Shown here one piece after another: positions 52,462 to 64,000 of a DNA stretch of 64,000 nucleotides; positions within the stretch are counted from its first letter, which is position 1, and the number at the start of each line of letters is the position of its first letter. The notes beneath the pieces are model-generated. The model saw only the letters and a program-made list of their open reading frames with translations, searched no databases and was not told the origin of the DNA. This DNA comes from Amoebidium appalachense (lineage: Eukaryota > Protista > Ichthyosporea), in contig CAVNZM010000003.1 of the NCBI GenBank assembly GCA_963693365.1, positions 9,546,782 to 9,610,781 of the forward strand, in the 5' to 3' direction. The translations under genes were made by a program, and so were the position numbers.

Positions 52462-53119
52462 GGGGGGGATGGGGGTGTTGGGAAATGGGGTGGGTTGGGG
52501 GGGGGAGGGGGGTAGAGGTGCATGTTATTTTGGAACGTTCAGGAAACCACGAGAGACACCAAGGAATTTATTGATCGCAGCCCAGTGAACGCGGCCGTTT
52601 CAGAAAGCACCAATACAAATCTGGACTGACCACTTACCCAAAATGCAAAATGAGAACACACTCGTCTGCCAAAAACAAAATTACCAAAATTACCGGAAAA
52701 CTTTGAAAAACCATTTTTTCATCTCGCACGTTCTTCAACCCGAGATTTAAATCTGAAACCAATAACCACGGCTGTTTTTTATGAATATGTTGTGAAGCTG
52801 ACCCCCCCCCTCCCCCCCCCCCCCCCCCCCTCCCCCCTCCCCTCCCCCCTCCCTCCCTCCCCCCCACCTCCGCCCCCTCCCCCCCCCCCCCCCCCCTGCC
52901 CTCCCCTCTCCCTCCTCCCCCCTCACCCCGTTTTGTTCTCCCCCCCCCCCCCCCCCTCATTTCCCTTCTCTCTTGCCCCTCCCCCCCTTCCTCGCCCCTC
53001 CGCTTCCCTACCCACATGTTCATCTGCCAGCCCCACCGGAACTATTGATCGATATATTCTTCTCAGAAAACATCTCCACATCAACTGTTTCACGATAAAG
53101 CGATCCGAACACAACAAAA

Positions 53120-54591
53120 TTACACATTCTCCGTCAACATTTCAACAATCTTGTGTGAGCTCTCTGGAGGAGGGGGTGTTGTTCGTTTTGGCTCGGGGTC
53201 TCCCAAATCCTCTCTCACCTCCCCGATAGCCTTGGCCCCACACCACACACAGTTCACGGGTTCGCACGCAATACACCCTGGAATCTCAACCGTTACCACC
53301 TCCTCCCCACCACCACAAACGGGGCATGTGAAGGTGTGTGTGGTGGTGGTGTAGCCGATCTCGGTAAAGTGTTCCTGTTGCTGAAGCTCTTCGATGTATG
53401 TGCTGGCGTGCTTGAACCTGGAAGGGTGAGGTGCGTGTATCAGGTTTTTCATTCAATGTCGCGCCCTATATATTATATATTACTTCATTTCCAAGACCTT
53501 TTCATTCCCTCCACCCTCCTTTTTTTTCGTTTCTTTTTCTTTTTTTTAAAAAAAAGTTTCTTGTTATTTTTTTTTTTTTGGTTTGTGTATATGGGAAGGT
53601 CAGGTGCGTACCGGTGACAGGGGGTATTGGGTGGAGGACAAGGTGGAGGACGGGTGGGATGGGGTGGGCCCCGGGCGGGAGAGGGGGAGGGGGGGAGATG
53701 GGGGAGGAGGGGGCTGGGGGCCGGGAGGGGGGGAGGGGGGTGGGAGGGGACGAGGGAGGGCATGTGGATGGGGAAGGGCATTTTTTTCATTGCCTCCACC
53801 CACCTTTTTTAAAAATGTTTTCATCTTTTGGGTTTGTGTATATGGGAATGTCGGGTGGGTGGCGGGGGGGGGATTGAGAGATAGATGCTGGAGGACGGGT
53901 GGGATGGGGTGGGCCCTGGGTCGGGGGGAGGGGGGGGGGGGGGGGGGGGGTTAGGGGGGGTGGTGGAGGGGGGGGGGGGGGGGGTGGGAGCTGGGGGCTG
54001 GGGGGAGGGGAGGAGGGTATGTGGGTGGGGAAGGACAGGAAGGAGGGGGGGGGGGGGGGGGGGGGGCTGGGGTAAGCGGGGGAAGGGGAGGGTTTAGAGA
54101 TTGGTAGAGCACAGAGTCTCCACAAGGGAGCCCCGGGAAGGTTAAATCGAAATACTCTGGTAGGTATTTCTGGCCTGGTGGTGTCAGACTCTGTAAACAA
54201 AACCTTAATACACCGTAAGTTCTTTTCTTCAGCAAACGTTGATATGTAAAGCAGATTCAGAGAAACACGCGCACGGACACACCCTAGTGGTTGCTACCGT
54301 TGACAACACATCACACACACAGACACTTACATGACCTGTGCAAATCAACCCAAGAGCCAAGCCTGTTACTCACTGCACCTGTCACATAGTACTCTCAAAT
54401 ACGCACCAATAGAGGTGCAATAGAAGAAGCAAAAAAGGGGGAAAGAAGAAAAACAAAATACGATACCTCTTGCCTGTCAGAGTGGTAGCACCAGCCCGCC
54501 GCAGAACACCACCGATTTGCCCTCCTCTGATCACGTGCACGGCCATTGGGCGGGTTGCCTTGCACGTGACTTTGACCAACGTGCGTAGCAT
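53120..54591 (-). CDS. Small Zn-ribbon protein (CxxC-x21-CxxC) with putative mitochondrial presequence, paralogue A (140 aa)
   Basis: Exon 1 54591-54467 (MLRTLVKVTCKATRPMAVHVIRGGQ...), phase-2 GT-AG intron, exon 2 53417-53120 (CPVCGGG...CVWCGAKAIGEVREDLG...RTTPPPPE). Clear similarity to paralogue B. Confidence 0.8.
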
Positions 54592-56353
54592 GGTTGGGTT
54601 GACGTATACACACAGTATTGTAGGCGTCCGTTCAACTTGTATATAGAATTCTCTAATGAGGTGAATCTGATATGGTGATGGCGCGGAAGCTCGAAGGGAA
54701 AGAGGGAGGAGGTGGTAAAGGGGGGAAAAAACGAAAGGAGGCTAAATTCGGGCACGGTGGAATTAATTATGGGGGGAAAAAAAATTAGTTGGTTCACCCA
54801 AGTGGGCTGCCTCTTAAGTGACTGAATCAGGTTTCCTGTATGCACATATGCCTTTGATATGCAAGAGTCACCACAAAATTCAAAAAGGAGAAGCTTCAGA
54901 AACACGCACTTTCGGGGTTTGTGCTCTAATAAACTTCTGGACACTTCCAATGACACACAGCAACCGTAAGCTTAGGACCTGGCGCAGCGTAGGTGTGCGT
55001 GTGACACGTATGTATCGTGGGTGCGGACTCATGCGCCGATCTGATCCGACAAATTGTTTGACGGTTTAAGTATTTAGACTGTATCGTGTGCCGGCGGTGC
55101 AGTGTGCTTCACCGGCGCAACCTCCCAACCCCCCCTCCCCCTCCCCCTCCCCCCTTCTCCCCCCTTCCTCCCTCCTCCCCTTCCCCCCCCTCCCCCCCTC
55201 CACCACCACCACACATGATACGCGTATACACACACCTAGGCCTTCCCAACATTAGTAAGAGGCAGAATGGTTAGTAAGAAGCGGAATAATTGGTGAGAGG
55301 AGGGATGAGATGCATGCTCATTATTTATTGATAAGGACATTACCAAATAACTCCCCCCCCCCCCCCCCCCCCCTTTCCGGTACACATGCAAATGTTGAAA
55401 GCCAAATGTAAGATTCCAGATTCTGGCTTAACTATTTTTCCACTGCTGCATAGACACGAACCGTTGTGACATTTCTTACCCCCTCCCCCCCCCCCCCCCC
55501 CCCCCCCCCCCTCCCCCCTCCCCTTCCCCCCCCCCCCTCCCCCTCCTCCCACCCCTCCGTTCCCATTTTTTGGTTCCTCGGATGCATGTGTCCTTTTGCC
55601 CCAAGTGTTTACTACTGGTTCCTTCTCGTGTTTAGTCATCCCCCCCCCCCCCCCCCCTCTCCAGGACCATCTCCCCTCCCCACCCACCCACCCATCCCGC
55701 TCTTCCTGCCCAGTGGTGCACGTGTGCATGCATGTGCATGTGTGCGTGTTTGCTTGCGTGTGTGCGTGTGAGGGGGAAGAGGGAGGGGGGGGGGGGGGAG
55801 GGGGGGGGGGGATGGGGGGAGGAAGAGGAGGGCAGTGGCTGCAAAAGCAACAACAATGCCGTCAGTGTTATATTCATGACTTTTTCTTAAAAGAAAAAAA
55901 AACGGATCACTGCATGCAGGTCAAACTGGCCTCTTGTGGCAGGTATTGTTTTTGGTGAGGCTCATAATTATAATGCGTCGTCCAGACACAGTTTCACAGT
56001 TTGTGTGGAAATTATTTTCACCGAGGCATATGGTCAATTTATTCCATGAATATGTGTTGCACTTGCGATGTGCACACGTGAAAGCTCGTGCACACATGCC
56101 CAGTCTGCACACGAGCACTGCAACATAGATGATTATTGTGGCACATACCGGGTGTATTTAAGAATAAAAATTCCGTAGCTTGTGACCAACAAAGGTTCTA
56201 GAACAAGCCTTCCATGTGCACGTGGTGCAGTATTTTGCAATGTTGAGCAGGTAACAAACATTCAAGCTCTTCACTTTACTACTTAAAAGTTTTTTTTCAT
56301 CAAGGCCAATAAAGCCTTCATTTCACCGATTCGGAAAATACTCGAGCTCACCA

Positions 56354-57171
56354 TTACTTCTTTTTGATGGTATCAATCACTTTGTGCATATTTTCAGGAG
56401 GGGGCGGTGTTGTTCTCTCCGGGTGAGGGACACCCATATCGTCTCTGACACTCCCAATGCTCTTTGCCCCACACCACGCACAGTCCACATCTTCAAACGA
56501 AGCGAACCCAGGGGTGGTGGATGTTTCCACGTCCTGCCCTCCACCACAAACGGGGCAAACGAAGGAGTACTCTCTTGTGTCGCATTCTCCATAGCTTCCG
56601 TCGTCCATGAATGCGTAGGTTGGGAGCTGGTCTTTGATCCTGCATATCAAGATTACTACAGTTACCATTTCGAACCTAACTTACTGGATGCCAAGTTAAC
56701 ATGACGCAAATGTGGTTGTGTTAGAGGTGTGAAGGCTTGTTTGTAGTTAGAAGGAAGGCGAGGGGAGAGAAAGGGAGAGAGGGAAATAGGCAGAGAGGCA
56801 AGGAGGCAGGGAGGCAGAGTGGGAGAGGCGGAGAGGGGGAGAGAGGAAGCAAGGGAGAGAGGGATCCGGAGCGAGGGAGGGAGGGAGAGAGGGAGCGAGG
56901 GAGCGAGGGAGAGAGGGAGGGAGGGAGCGAGGGAGCGAGGGAGCGACGGAGCGAGGGAGTGAGGGAGAGAGCCTCAGGGCGAGAGGGCGAGAGGGAGAGA
57001 GGGAATGGAGACTTGCCTGCCCCCTTTGGAGCGAGCGAGGGTTGAAGACACCTTCAGTCCGGCAACACCCCATCGCTCGTTGGTAGCCGGACACATGGGC
57101 CTCCAGGTTTGCCCTCCTCGAACCACGTGCACGGTGGCCATGCACGTGACTCGAGCAAATGTGCGCAGCAT
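56354..57171 (-). CDS. Small Zn-ribbon protein with putative mitochondrial presequence, paralogue B (146 aa), GC-AG intron
   Basis: Exon 1 57171-57017 (MLRTFARVTCMATVHVVRGGQ...SKGG), donor AG|GCAAGT, exon 2 56639-56354 (CPVCGGG...CAWCGAKSIGSVRDDMG...RTTPPPPE). Same intron phase and equivalent position as paralogue A. Confidence 0.8.
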
Positions 57172-57950
57172 GATGGTGTGTTTTGGGACTTTCGAAGCCC
57201 TCGTGGGTTTACACAGGATACGCTGTAGATAGGTGTGCGTGCGTATGCGTATAAAGAGATAAAGTTACAAACAGGCCCCTAGGCTAGGTTGTATGTATAC
57301 ATGTAGGCAATTACAACCGCTCCACTTGTTGAAAAGCCTTAGCATACATGTATGCATTTAGGTTTGAGCAAAGCCTTTCTTGCGCCGTTGTTTTGAACTG
57401 TGACAGGACGGTCAGGCCCCGTGTTTTATAGTCAAAGTGATAGTGAGTCAGACCTGGGTGATGTGTGCGGAGCGTTAACTTACGTAAATCCGTGGTATTA
57501 TGTTCATGCTTTGTAGTGTTAGCTATCAACCCTGTGACTGAACCACGTAAGCGCTAGTATCGACATGTCACACCGTGCTACGTAGCAGACGTAGCAAAAT
57601 TTGGCTATATACCCTGAATCTTTCCCAGCTGTCATACGGCGTATGGACAGGTGCGTCACCCACATTATGGGCCTAGCTGTGAGCCCCAGATCTACACAGA
57701 CGCCATGTCAATATGCAAGGCACAACAAGTGATCGACAGGCCAATTGCAACGTTAACGTGACACTTTATGACCAAAGAAAGCTGCTGACTCACTTTTTTG
57801 TTATAATTATGTATGTAAATCGCAACAGCCACAATCCTTGACAACATTGATAACTGTGCGTCATGCTGCGTACGCTTCATGCGCATGCCACGTGCACACT
57901 TTATTTAGACAGTGTTATGTATCTTCTGACACTGGCATGCATGCAAACAT

Positions 57951-58128
57951 AGTTGAAAACATAAAAATATGTAGATGCCCATAGCTTGCTTGCACGGGGC
58001 TGACAGCTGCAGTTGAAAACATAAAAATATGTAGATGCCCATAGCTTGCACGGGGCTGACAGCTGCAGTTGAAAACATAAAAATATGTAGATGCCCATAG
58101 CTTGCAACACGGGGCTGACAGCTGCAGT
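57951..58128. repeat. Minisatellite, ~56-60 bp x3
   Basis: AGTTGAAAACATAAAAATATGTAGATGCCCATAGCTTGC...GGGGCTGACAGCTGC repeated three times. Confidence 0.95.
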
Positions 58129-58146
58129 TTGGTAGGGTACGGTCCA

Positions 58147-58180
<34 letters not shown>

Positions 58181-58812
58181 AGTTGGCGAAAACGAGCCAA
58201 TCAAGTGGGCGATACACAATTGTCTCCTTACACTCTTTATTTTTAGTGTTATCCAATTATATCAAGATTCTTGGCTAAATATCGTCAAAATTATAAATAA
58301 TTTTTTTGGATACTATGAAATGTTCAACAGGAACATAAAAGTCTTGCTGCTTCTAAAAAACACATGTAAAACACAAGAGAAAGAAAGGCTAAACAAAAAT
58401 TTATTTCAAGTATGGATTTTTGCGTTCTTTTTTTTGATAGGTAATGAGAGTCTACACATCGAAAGAGTTAAAGTTAAACGTACGGGATATGATCTTGCAA
58501 TTTAGTCACCCCCTGCTGGTATACCCCCCATACCTAAGACTGGTCTCTCACGCAATAAAAAGTGTGTAAACCCCTGGTCTCTCTTTGCCTCAAGGGAGTA
58601 AACAGCAAACCCCGTTTTGGTATGTTTGTTTTTGCCTTTTTCAGCAGCGACCGGCGCTTCGAACTTCGAAGGCCTTCCCCTCCTCTGAAAGGTTTGCCGA
58701 AGTTGTGCGTGTGCCTTCTCCCTTCCTTGCGACGGAAGCACTCAGTCAACAGTACCACACACCAGTAGGCCTGTCTGTCGATCGCACTGCAAATATTAAA
58801 AACCAAGCAAAC

Positions 58813-60550
58813 ATGAAGTGCACGTTCAACGCTTTGGCTCCTGTGCCCGAGCTCCCGCCCAATCTTGACTTGTGGACTGACCCTGACCACAACCTTCTGG
58901 GTGTTGTGCACGTAGCCTGTCTAAAGGGCGATAAGGTGATTACCCCTCCCCCCCCCCCCCCCTCTCCCCCCCCCCTCTCCCCCCCCCCCCCACCCCCCAC
59001 CCCCCCTCTCCTCCCCACCCCCCCACCCTTCTTTGTTGCCATGATCCCTCTATTCCCACACACGCCACCCTTTCCCTCGTCTTTTAACACGTCACTACTA
59101 CTCCGCCACTCTCTCTGCGTTTTTTGCAACAATCCACTGCCCTGCCCCTCTCCCCTCCTCCCCACCCCCTCTTCCCCCCTTACCTCTCACCCCCGCCCTC
59201 CCCCCCCCATCTCTACGCGCGTCACTTTTTTCCCTCCCGTATTGCCCTTCGTTCTCTAAACCGCCTCTTAACCAGAACCGTCTTGTTTTCACCATCGTTT
59301 CTTGCTCCGTCAATAATCTTCGTAGTCCCGCACACAGATGTAAGCCTCCACACACAAAACGTTCATTCCCTTTCGTTTCACATCACAAAAGTTGCTGCCC
59401 TCCACTTTCCCCGCAAGCACAAACACACTCAGACAATTACATTTTTCTCCCTTGACGTTTTCTTCCCTTCAAGGTATCCAATCTAATCCTGTGTTCAACC
59501 AAAGCTAGATCTTTTCTCACCCACCTGTCCCCCCTCCTCCCCCCTCCCCCCCCCCCCCTCCCCGGGCTCCCCGGTTCCATGTTACCTCTGCCGACGGTTT
59601 TTTCATTATGCAGCTGCCAACCGAAGGGGTCGTTGTTGCTGTTGTGGATGGCCCAACAGAAAGCTTTCTATTAGCTGTGCTGGGCGACAGTATTCAGCCC
59701 GTTCAGGTTTTGTACCTGAACCCCCCCCCCCCCCCCCCCCCCGTTTTCTGCCGCTGTGTTGGCGTTTTTTTTTGGGGGAGTGTTATGGACATGTAGCTAC
59801 TCACAGTTTGTCACAACGCACATACAACCCCCCACTCGGACTATCGATTTGGCATTTTTCAAGCCCAAAGCAATGGGTGATACCATGTTTCCGGCTGACA
59901 TCCAGGGGCATAGCTTTCCGTTCGAAGACGTTAAAGTTCCGCCGTAGTAAGGGTGTTACTACCCTGCGGCGTGGGTCAAATCTCATATTTTCCCCTCTGA
60001 TTCCGAATTCTGCGGCCTTCGGGACTTAAGTCTTTTCAGCTGGTGTAGTATGTTAGCCAGGGAAGTATCGAATTAGGTAGCGACGGGGGAGCTTCCTAGA
60101 AGCCCCGTCTCCTGAGTTCCTATCTATATTTTTCTTGCTTCTGCTTACTGCTGCAACTTTAACCCCCGGCCTTTCCCACTGCCCTTGCCTGCATAAGTAA
60201 CCCTGCTCGTCTCTGATCAAGACGGGTGACCTACCCATGTTCAAGTGAAACAGTATCTGAGTTGGGTTTCGGTAACGAGGTGAATAGGTCGAAACTCGGG
60301 TACTGTGGATGACGTGCCCCCCCCCTGAGGATGGGCTCTGCTTATTATGTGTACTCATTATGTATGGCTTGCATTCTGCATCGTGTTATCCGTTTGTTCT
60401 TGTGTACTTCGTACTTTTTGACGCATTCAAACCCCCCCCCCCCCCCCCTCTCTATCCCACTTAACCGTTTCCTGTTCTCCTTTTGCCGCAGATTTGCTCC
60501 TCTCGTTCCCACCGTTTGATAAGCTTGAACACTACCTCAGTCTCGAGGAT

Positions 60551-60585
<35 letters not shown>

Positions 60586-61416
60586 CCCGCCCCCGCTTTC
60601 TCCGATGCAAGAAGATGGCGGAGGCAGAGGGAAGGAAGAGAAGGAGTCAGTGGGATGAGGGGTTTGGGGGTAGGGCCAGTCTTTGGACGGTTTGATCTAT
60701 TCCCTCTTTCCGACTTAATTGATTTTGCGTTTGTTTTCCCTTTCTTTCCTTCCGAAGCAGGCATTTGCTGGTGGGCTGTAGGGTAGGCGAGGGGAAGAGG
60801 GGGGTGGGGGGGGGGGAGAAGGGGGGAAGAGCAGGTAAGGGAAAGATGAACAAGTTGAGTTATTCTGATGGGTGGGTGGATGAGGGGGGCAGGGGTGTTA
60901 GGGACAAATTTGATCAATTCTTGCCGTGTGGAAGTGGGTGATGAAATAACAAAATTTCAAGGGTTGGGTACCGGATAGGCGAGCCCGAGGGTTTTTTTTT
61001 TTTTGAGAGGGGGGGGGGGGGGGGGGGGGGGGGGGAGGGGGTATATCATCATATTAGAAATATGGACCAAAATATTCGTCTGATTTTTCCCCCCTATTTT
61101 TCCAGGTTCCCACTGGCGTTCTCTCAACCAATGACATTGAAGATGCATGGACAGCCACCCCCGACGGCCTTCTCCTATTGGCTAAGGGGGCGGTGTGGCT
61201 TGCCAAATTAGGCAGTTGCCAAAACGGGCAATATGAGGCCTCTCTGAGCAGACTTTTGGATCTGCCTGCGGGCGCACGGGAGGTGGTGGCGACTTGGGTG
61301 GAGGGATGTGGGCCGGTGGTGGCTGTGATGGAGGAGAGAGGGCTGAAGGATGTGGAGGTGGGTGTGTTTGGGATGTGTGTGTGTGTGTGGGTGGGTGGTG
61401 GGTGGCGCACGCGCGG

Positions 61417-61453
<37 letters not shown>

Positions 61454-61672
61454 GGGAGGGAGGGAGGGAGCGAGGGTAGGTCGGAGGGTGGGGGTTAGGG
61501 GAGGGAAGGGGGTGGAGTAGGTGGGTGGATGTGTGCATGTGTGTGTGTGTGTGAGTCTGTGTGTGTCGGGGGGAGAGGGGGGAAACAGGGGGGGGGGGGG
61601 GCGAAGAAGGAGGGTGAGATTGTTCGTGGTGGTGAGTTGATGGGGAAATTGTGTGTGTGGATATGGTCGGGA

Positions 61673-61717
<45 letters not shown>

Positions 61718-62977
61718 CGGAGGGGGAGGGGCGGGGAGGTGGTTCGGAAAAGAAGAAAGAAGGTAAATCTCGTGGCCAAAAGGGGAAGGAGGTGGTGAGT
61801 AAGTTTTGTTTTGGGTAATTGTGCATTAAGGTATGCATACATGCCGAAGAATATGAATGTCAGCAATCAGGGATATATCTTTGTCCGGAATGGGTCTGTG
61901 TCTAGCAAAGCATAAAGTTAACCTGTTCGAGCCGGCACAGTTGTTTTGTCCGTGTGGCGGACACAACCGAAACTGTATGCATACATGCCGAAGAATATGA
62001 ATGTCAGCAATCAGGGATATATCTTTGTCCGGAATGGGTCTGTGTCTAGCAAAGCATAAAGTTAACCTGTTCGAGCCGGCACAGTTGTTTTGTCCGTGTG
62101 GCGGACACAACCGAAACAAGTCCAGTGCAGCTCAAAATCAATAGACAAAGCCCAAATAAATTGTATACGCCGACAGGTATGTGTCTTATATACATTTTCT
62201 TATAAGTGGGTTTTGCGAAAATATCATTATTTCATATACTTTTCCTATGTGTTTCTGTAGCGACCTCAGACATTTTGGAAACGTTTTTGAAGTTGCCATC
62301 GATGTGACTGAGCACAGCCAATCGGCTTTGTCGATTTCAACCATTTTCCCTTTTCATCCAATCAGACGTTTGTATTGACAGGGTTCGAAAATCAAGCTGT
62401 CAAGCGGCTCTTCGACAGCGTGGTGACAGTTACGCCATATACAAAGTATCAAATACTGAAGTAAAGTTATTTTTTTTATTTTTTTTTGGAAAACGCAAAG
62501 AACAGATATTCTTTTGGCTTTCCTGCAACTTTATTTTGCTGGTTCTCAATTTCATGCTGATATAAGAGCGCAAACGCCAGGGTCCCCAAAACTGATGTCG
62601 ATCTAGGGAAACTGTCGGTGTGAACAGGTTAACATGGTGTCAGATTCGAAGCCCGCCTGCCCGGCTGGTGTGTGTTTGTATGGGGAGGGGGGGTTGATGC
62701 AATGTGTAGCCTGGGAATAACATAGATGAGCGGAAGATGCCGTTTTGAAGGAGATCAGGGCTTGACCAATCGCCGCATCTCCCCCCGCCCCCCACCCCCC
62801 CCACCCCCCCCTCTCCCCCTCTTTCAGACCCTTATTGCATCATATCCATTCTTCCTATTGCTCTCGCTTCCCACTCATCTCCCCATCCCCCCACCCCCCC
62901 CCCCCCCCCCCCCTCCCTCCCCCCTCGCTACTCCCCGCCCTCACCCTTTCCCTCACCCTCCTCCCCCCTCCCCCCCC

Positions 62978-63012
<35 letters not shown>

Positions 63013-63520
63013 TACAAAATGCACAGCTTTCTCGCCACACACCCGCACATATACCGTGGCGTTCACTCCTCTCACATACTCTCCATCATCACTAAAAAGA
63101 TCAACACTCCCTAGTCCCCCACTCTATCCCGGTTCCCCCCCCCCCCCCCCCCCCTCCCCCCCTACCAGCCCCTACACCCCCCTCCCCCCCCCCCCCCCCC
63201 CCCCCCCCCCTCCCTCTCTCTCTCCCTCTCTCTCTCCCTCTCCCTCTCTCTCCCTCCCTCTCTCTCTCTCTGTCTCCCTCTCTCGCTCTCTTTCGTTCTC
63301 TCTCGTTCTCTCCCTCCCTCTCTCTCTCTCTCCCTCTCCCCCTCTCTCCCCCTCTCCCCCCCCCTTCCCCTCCCCCCCCCCCCCCCCCCCTCTCTCTCTC
63401 TCCCCCCGCTCCTTTTCCCAAACAATTCCCCCGCCGTTCTTCTTTCTCAGCCGGCTAGGTTTTTTGGGTTGCCTGGTAAGTTTTGAAATGGAGGTCTCGT
63501 CTCTGATCTGTCCACCACAG

Positions 63521-63559
<39 letters not shown>

Positions 63560-63584
63560 CCCTCCCTCCCTCCCCTCCCTTCCC

Positions 63585-63651
<67 letters not shown>

Positions 63652-64000
63652 CCCTTCTCCCCTCCCCCCCCCCCCCCCCTTCCCCTCCTACCTTCTTTTT
63701 CCCCCCCCTTCCCCCCCCCCCCCCCCCCCTGGCCAAACCCTGTATACACTCTTCTCATCAGCAGGTCTCTAACCCACTCTGCAGAACGTTTTACGCATTT
63801 CTCCCCTCGGAGAACTTGGTCGTTGGTGCGTTTTTGTCTGACATCTAACGACTCTGCAGGGTCCCCTGAGACTACTGACACTCTAACATTCCCTCCCCTC
63901 TCTTACTTCCCCCCCCCCCCCCTCCCCCTTTCCCTCCTCCTTCCCCTCCCATTTTCTCTGCACACCCAACAGGTCTTAACCAGATCTGCACATCGTTAGT
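58813..64000 (+). CDS. 5' part of an unidentified multi-exon gene (continues beyond window)
   Basis: Phase-consistent GT-AG exons 58813-58935, 59614-59706, 61106-61357, 62318-62460, 62628-62667, 63765-63825 and 63973->64000 give MKCTFNALAPVPELPPNLDLWTDPDH...LPTEGVVVAVVDGPTESF...VPTGVLSTNDIEDAWTATPDGLLLL...PIGFVDFNHFPF... No stops. Confidence 0.7.
59743..60431 (+). mobile_element. C-tract-associated non-LTR family, longest copy 5 (~690 bp, possible ORF2 tail plus 3' UTR)
   Basis: Flanked by C runs at 59721-59742 and from 60432. The last ~320 bp match copy 4. The 5' part has an ORF ending ...FPFEDVKVPP* at 59947; that this part belongs to the element is inferred from the flanking C tract. Confidence 0.8.
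61831..62117. repeat. Near-perfect 144-bp tandem duplication (intronic)
   Basis: GTATGCATACATGCCGAAG...GGACACAACCGAAAC starts at 61831 and 61975. Confidence 0.95.

Noticed and set aside
54331-54378. Extra exon in Zn-ribbon paralogue A via a GC donor at ~54474
   Set aside because: It leaves phase 1, incompatible with the phase-2 final exon; the two-exon model matches paralogue B.

Overview
Eukaryotic, intron-rich genomic DNA saturated with poly(G)/poly(C) tracts and (CA)n/(GT)n/(GA)n microsatellites; most ORFs in the supplied track are repeat artefacts. The EFTUD2 C-terminus resembles the animal one, so a holozoan, possibly unicellular, is inferred but not proven. Genes: a complete 25-exon EFTUD2/Snu114 gene (17746-37905, +, 980 aa by manual splicing); a disrupted TM-LTD-CotH kinase gene (49581 to ~40220, -); two tandem paralogues encoding putatively mitochondrial Zn-ribbon proteins, one with a GC-AG intron; and several unidentified genes. 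Mobile DNA: a young Ty1/copia element inside the CotH gene (43058-48816, TSD GAAAC, half-tRNA-iMet PBS), a TRIM (7092-8250, TSD AACTG), LINE fragments and a possible KilA-N viral/Polinton-like relic. The most unusual signals are (i) a 5'-truncated non-LTR family whose five copies sit in C tracts and mostly end in TTCAAA+poly(C), (ii) degenerate tandem 'echo' duplications straddling EFTUD2 splice sites and creating ghost exons with stop codons, and (iii) acceptors where (CA)n replaces the polypyrimidine tract. All coordinates were read by eye; no database searches were run.
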